From Candidatus Roizmanbacteria bacterium (lineage in GTDB: Bacteria > Patescibacteriota > Microgenomatia > UBA1406), in the NCBI GenBank assembly GCA_024654535.1, contig JANLHL010000007.1, positions 2,395 to 66,394 on the forward strand: a stretch of 64,000 nt of DNA. The letters run 5' to 3'. The number at the start of each line of letters is the position of its first letter. The first letter of the stretch is position 1. This document shows, one piece after another, positions 62,869 through 64,000 of this stretch. Under the pieces are notes generated by a model. The model had not been told where the DNA came from, did not search any database, and saw only the letters and a list, made by a program, of their open reading frames with translations. The position numbers and the translations under genes are program-made.

Positions 62869-62902
62869 CCATATATTTTTTAGTATTCTAAAAAATATAT
62901 GG
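62869..62902 (+). terminator. Perfect 15-bp hairpin after the VirB4-like gene
   Basis: CCATATATTTTTTAG-TATT-CTAAAAAATATATGG starts 1 nt after the stop. It is followed directly by the repeat box AATATCCAAGTTCAAATATCCAA rather than a U-tract. Confidence 0.5.
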
Positions 62903-62950
62903 AATATCCAAGTTCAAATATCCAAAGAATGTCAAAGTTCAAATGACAAA
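62901..62950. repeat. Composite intergenic repeat, left arm only
   Basis: GGAATATCCAAGTTCAAATATCCAAAGAATGTCAAAGTTCAAATGACAA. Confidence 0.85.
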
Positions 62951-63094
62951 AAAGGAAAAGATAAGCACGATGCTACGTTATTAGAAGATCTTTACATCTT
63001 GATTTGTAACTTTTTCTATTCACTAGCACTATAGAATAGTGCACATTTTTTTAGAATTGGTCGTTGTAATAACCTGCTCAACCCCGGGGGTTGA

Positions 63095-63502
63095 TTAGAG
63101 CATGTCAGCAATTTCGCAGAGCGACGGCATTGCGTCAAGTCGTTTAATTTCCTCAACCGTACACCAGCGATACTCTGAAGCCTCTTCGTTTAATACGATG
63201 CTTGACTCTGGGTTTGCCAACTCGCACACATAGGACAATAGAATCCCCTGCCACCATCCGTAGTGAATAACCGAGAGCGGTGGTAAAAAACGAGTTGTCC
63301 TAACAACGACACCAATCTCTTCTTTGAGTTCACGTATGACGGTTTGTTCTGGAGATTCGCCAAATTCAAGGCCACCACCGGGAAATTGCCACTTATCGTG
63401 AAAACCCACGTCTTCACTATCTCGCTGTACCCGTTTTGTGAGTAAATAACGATTCCCTTTTTGGACTATACCGATCGCAACAACCTGTGTACGATTTTTC
63501 AT
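63095..63502 (-). CDS. Nudix hydrolase (MutT-like)
   Basis: Nudix box GGGLEFGESPEQTVIRELKEEIGV. Confidence 0.85.
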   Translation of the reverse strand: MKNRTQVVAIGIVQKGNRYLLTKRVQRDSEDVGFHDKWQFPGGGLEFGESPEQTVIRELKEEIGVVVRTTRFLPPLSVIHYGWWQGILLSYVCELANPESSIVLNEEASEYRWCTVEEIKRLDAMPSLCEIADML

Positions 63503-63576
63503 ATCAGAAGTATACCACTCCCTCTACTATATTTATAAATTTTCACTTTTAATTTTAAACTAGATATAATGGGGCT

Positions 63577-64000
63577 ATGGGCGAGAAACATGAGTACAAA
63601 AAATTCCCGCATATTTACCGCACTATTACCGCGCACCTTAAAAAATATGCGCGACCGTTGGCACCTCTTTTCATCGCGTTGGGAATAATAATGATAGGTA
63701 TGGCAAATATAGCAGCCTACGGACGCCTTCCGAATTTAGCAAAAACAGCACTAGCAAATCCACTAGACACAACCACACTGAAAACAATTGCGACAAACAT
63801 ACATGAAGAATCGGCACGACAAACACTGAGCGCCTATGTGCTCGAACACGGGAACGAACAGATAGTAACTGATGCATTTGTTCAACAACAGGCGCGTACA
63901 AAAAAACTCGTTGAAATTAACCTACTCATACGTCAATATCCAAAATATCCCGATGCCTATGCGTATAAGGCTCTTTTGTTAACTGACCAAGGGCAGTGTG
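63577..64000 (+). CDS. Partial CDS (3' end outside window): membrane-anchored protein, possibly TPR-containing
   Basis: Not in the ORF track because it has no stop in the window. I translated 141 codons by hand without a stop (MGEKHEYKKFPHIY...). TM helix LAPLFIALGIIMIGMANIAA. The ATG is 6 nt after TATAAT (63565-63570). Confidence 0.5.
   Translation, partial: MGEKHEYKKFPHIYRTITAHLKKYARPLAPLFIALGIIMIGMANIAAYGRLPNLAKTALANPLDTTTLKTIATNIHEESARQTLSAYVLEHGNEQIVTDAFVQQQARTKKLVEINLLIRQYPKYPDAYAYKALLLTDQGQC

Overview
The window looks like chromosomal DNA from a small-genome, Gram-positive-type bacterium. A Patescibacteria/CPR-like lineage is most plausible, but that is inference from gene content only. 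The genetic code is standard: conserved genes are full length and end in TAA, TAG or TGA. I call about 49 protein genes and 2 tRNAs, and see no rRNA, CRISPR array, transposase or integrase. Confident housekeeping calls are rho, argS, groES/groEL, trxB, gdh, sod, a TrmH-like methyltransferase, a Nudix hydrolase, a CPA2 antiporter and a sucrose-phosphorylase-like GH13 enzyme. Six things go beyond routine annotation. (1) A composite quasi-palindromic repeat occupies at least 16 intergenic sites. It is built from ATATCCAA / GTTCAAAT / TGACAAATG units and their complements. It often abuts a unique perfect hairpin on its left and ends in TTGGNTA heptamer tracts just upstream of promoters. (2) At least 23 genes show one start architecture: (TGn)TATA(A/C)T, then 5-8 nt, then ATG. 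This implies leaderless mRNAs. Shine-Dalgarno sites appear only on operon-internal genes and on one GC-rich, foreign-looking gene. (3) A divergent Gram-positive-type type IV secretion-like machinery is dispersed over three loci. It comprises PrgI/VirB3-like, VirB4-like, two VirD4/TraD-like ATPase paralogs, a 1530-aa VirB6-like protein with a long helical-motif tail, a possible cell-wall hydrolase and a 1315-aa surface protein. No relaxase is in the window. (4) Four divergent paralogs of unknown function form a tandem cassette. The spacers are exactly 81 nt, each copy has its own promoter, and three copies share a conserved C-terminal tail. (5) There are two strongly structured candidate RNAs: about 375 nt at 26.9-27.3 kb inside a GC-richer island, and about 196 nt upstream of rho. 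(6) Several genes suggest a polyprenyl-phosphate sugar and glycan pathway: a DPPR-synthase-like UbiA protein, an FAD oxidoreductase, a Prs-like protein, a GT2 and a 1325-aa GT-C-like protein. All functional calls rest on motifs read by eye. No database search was run.
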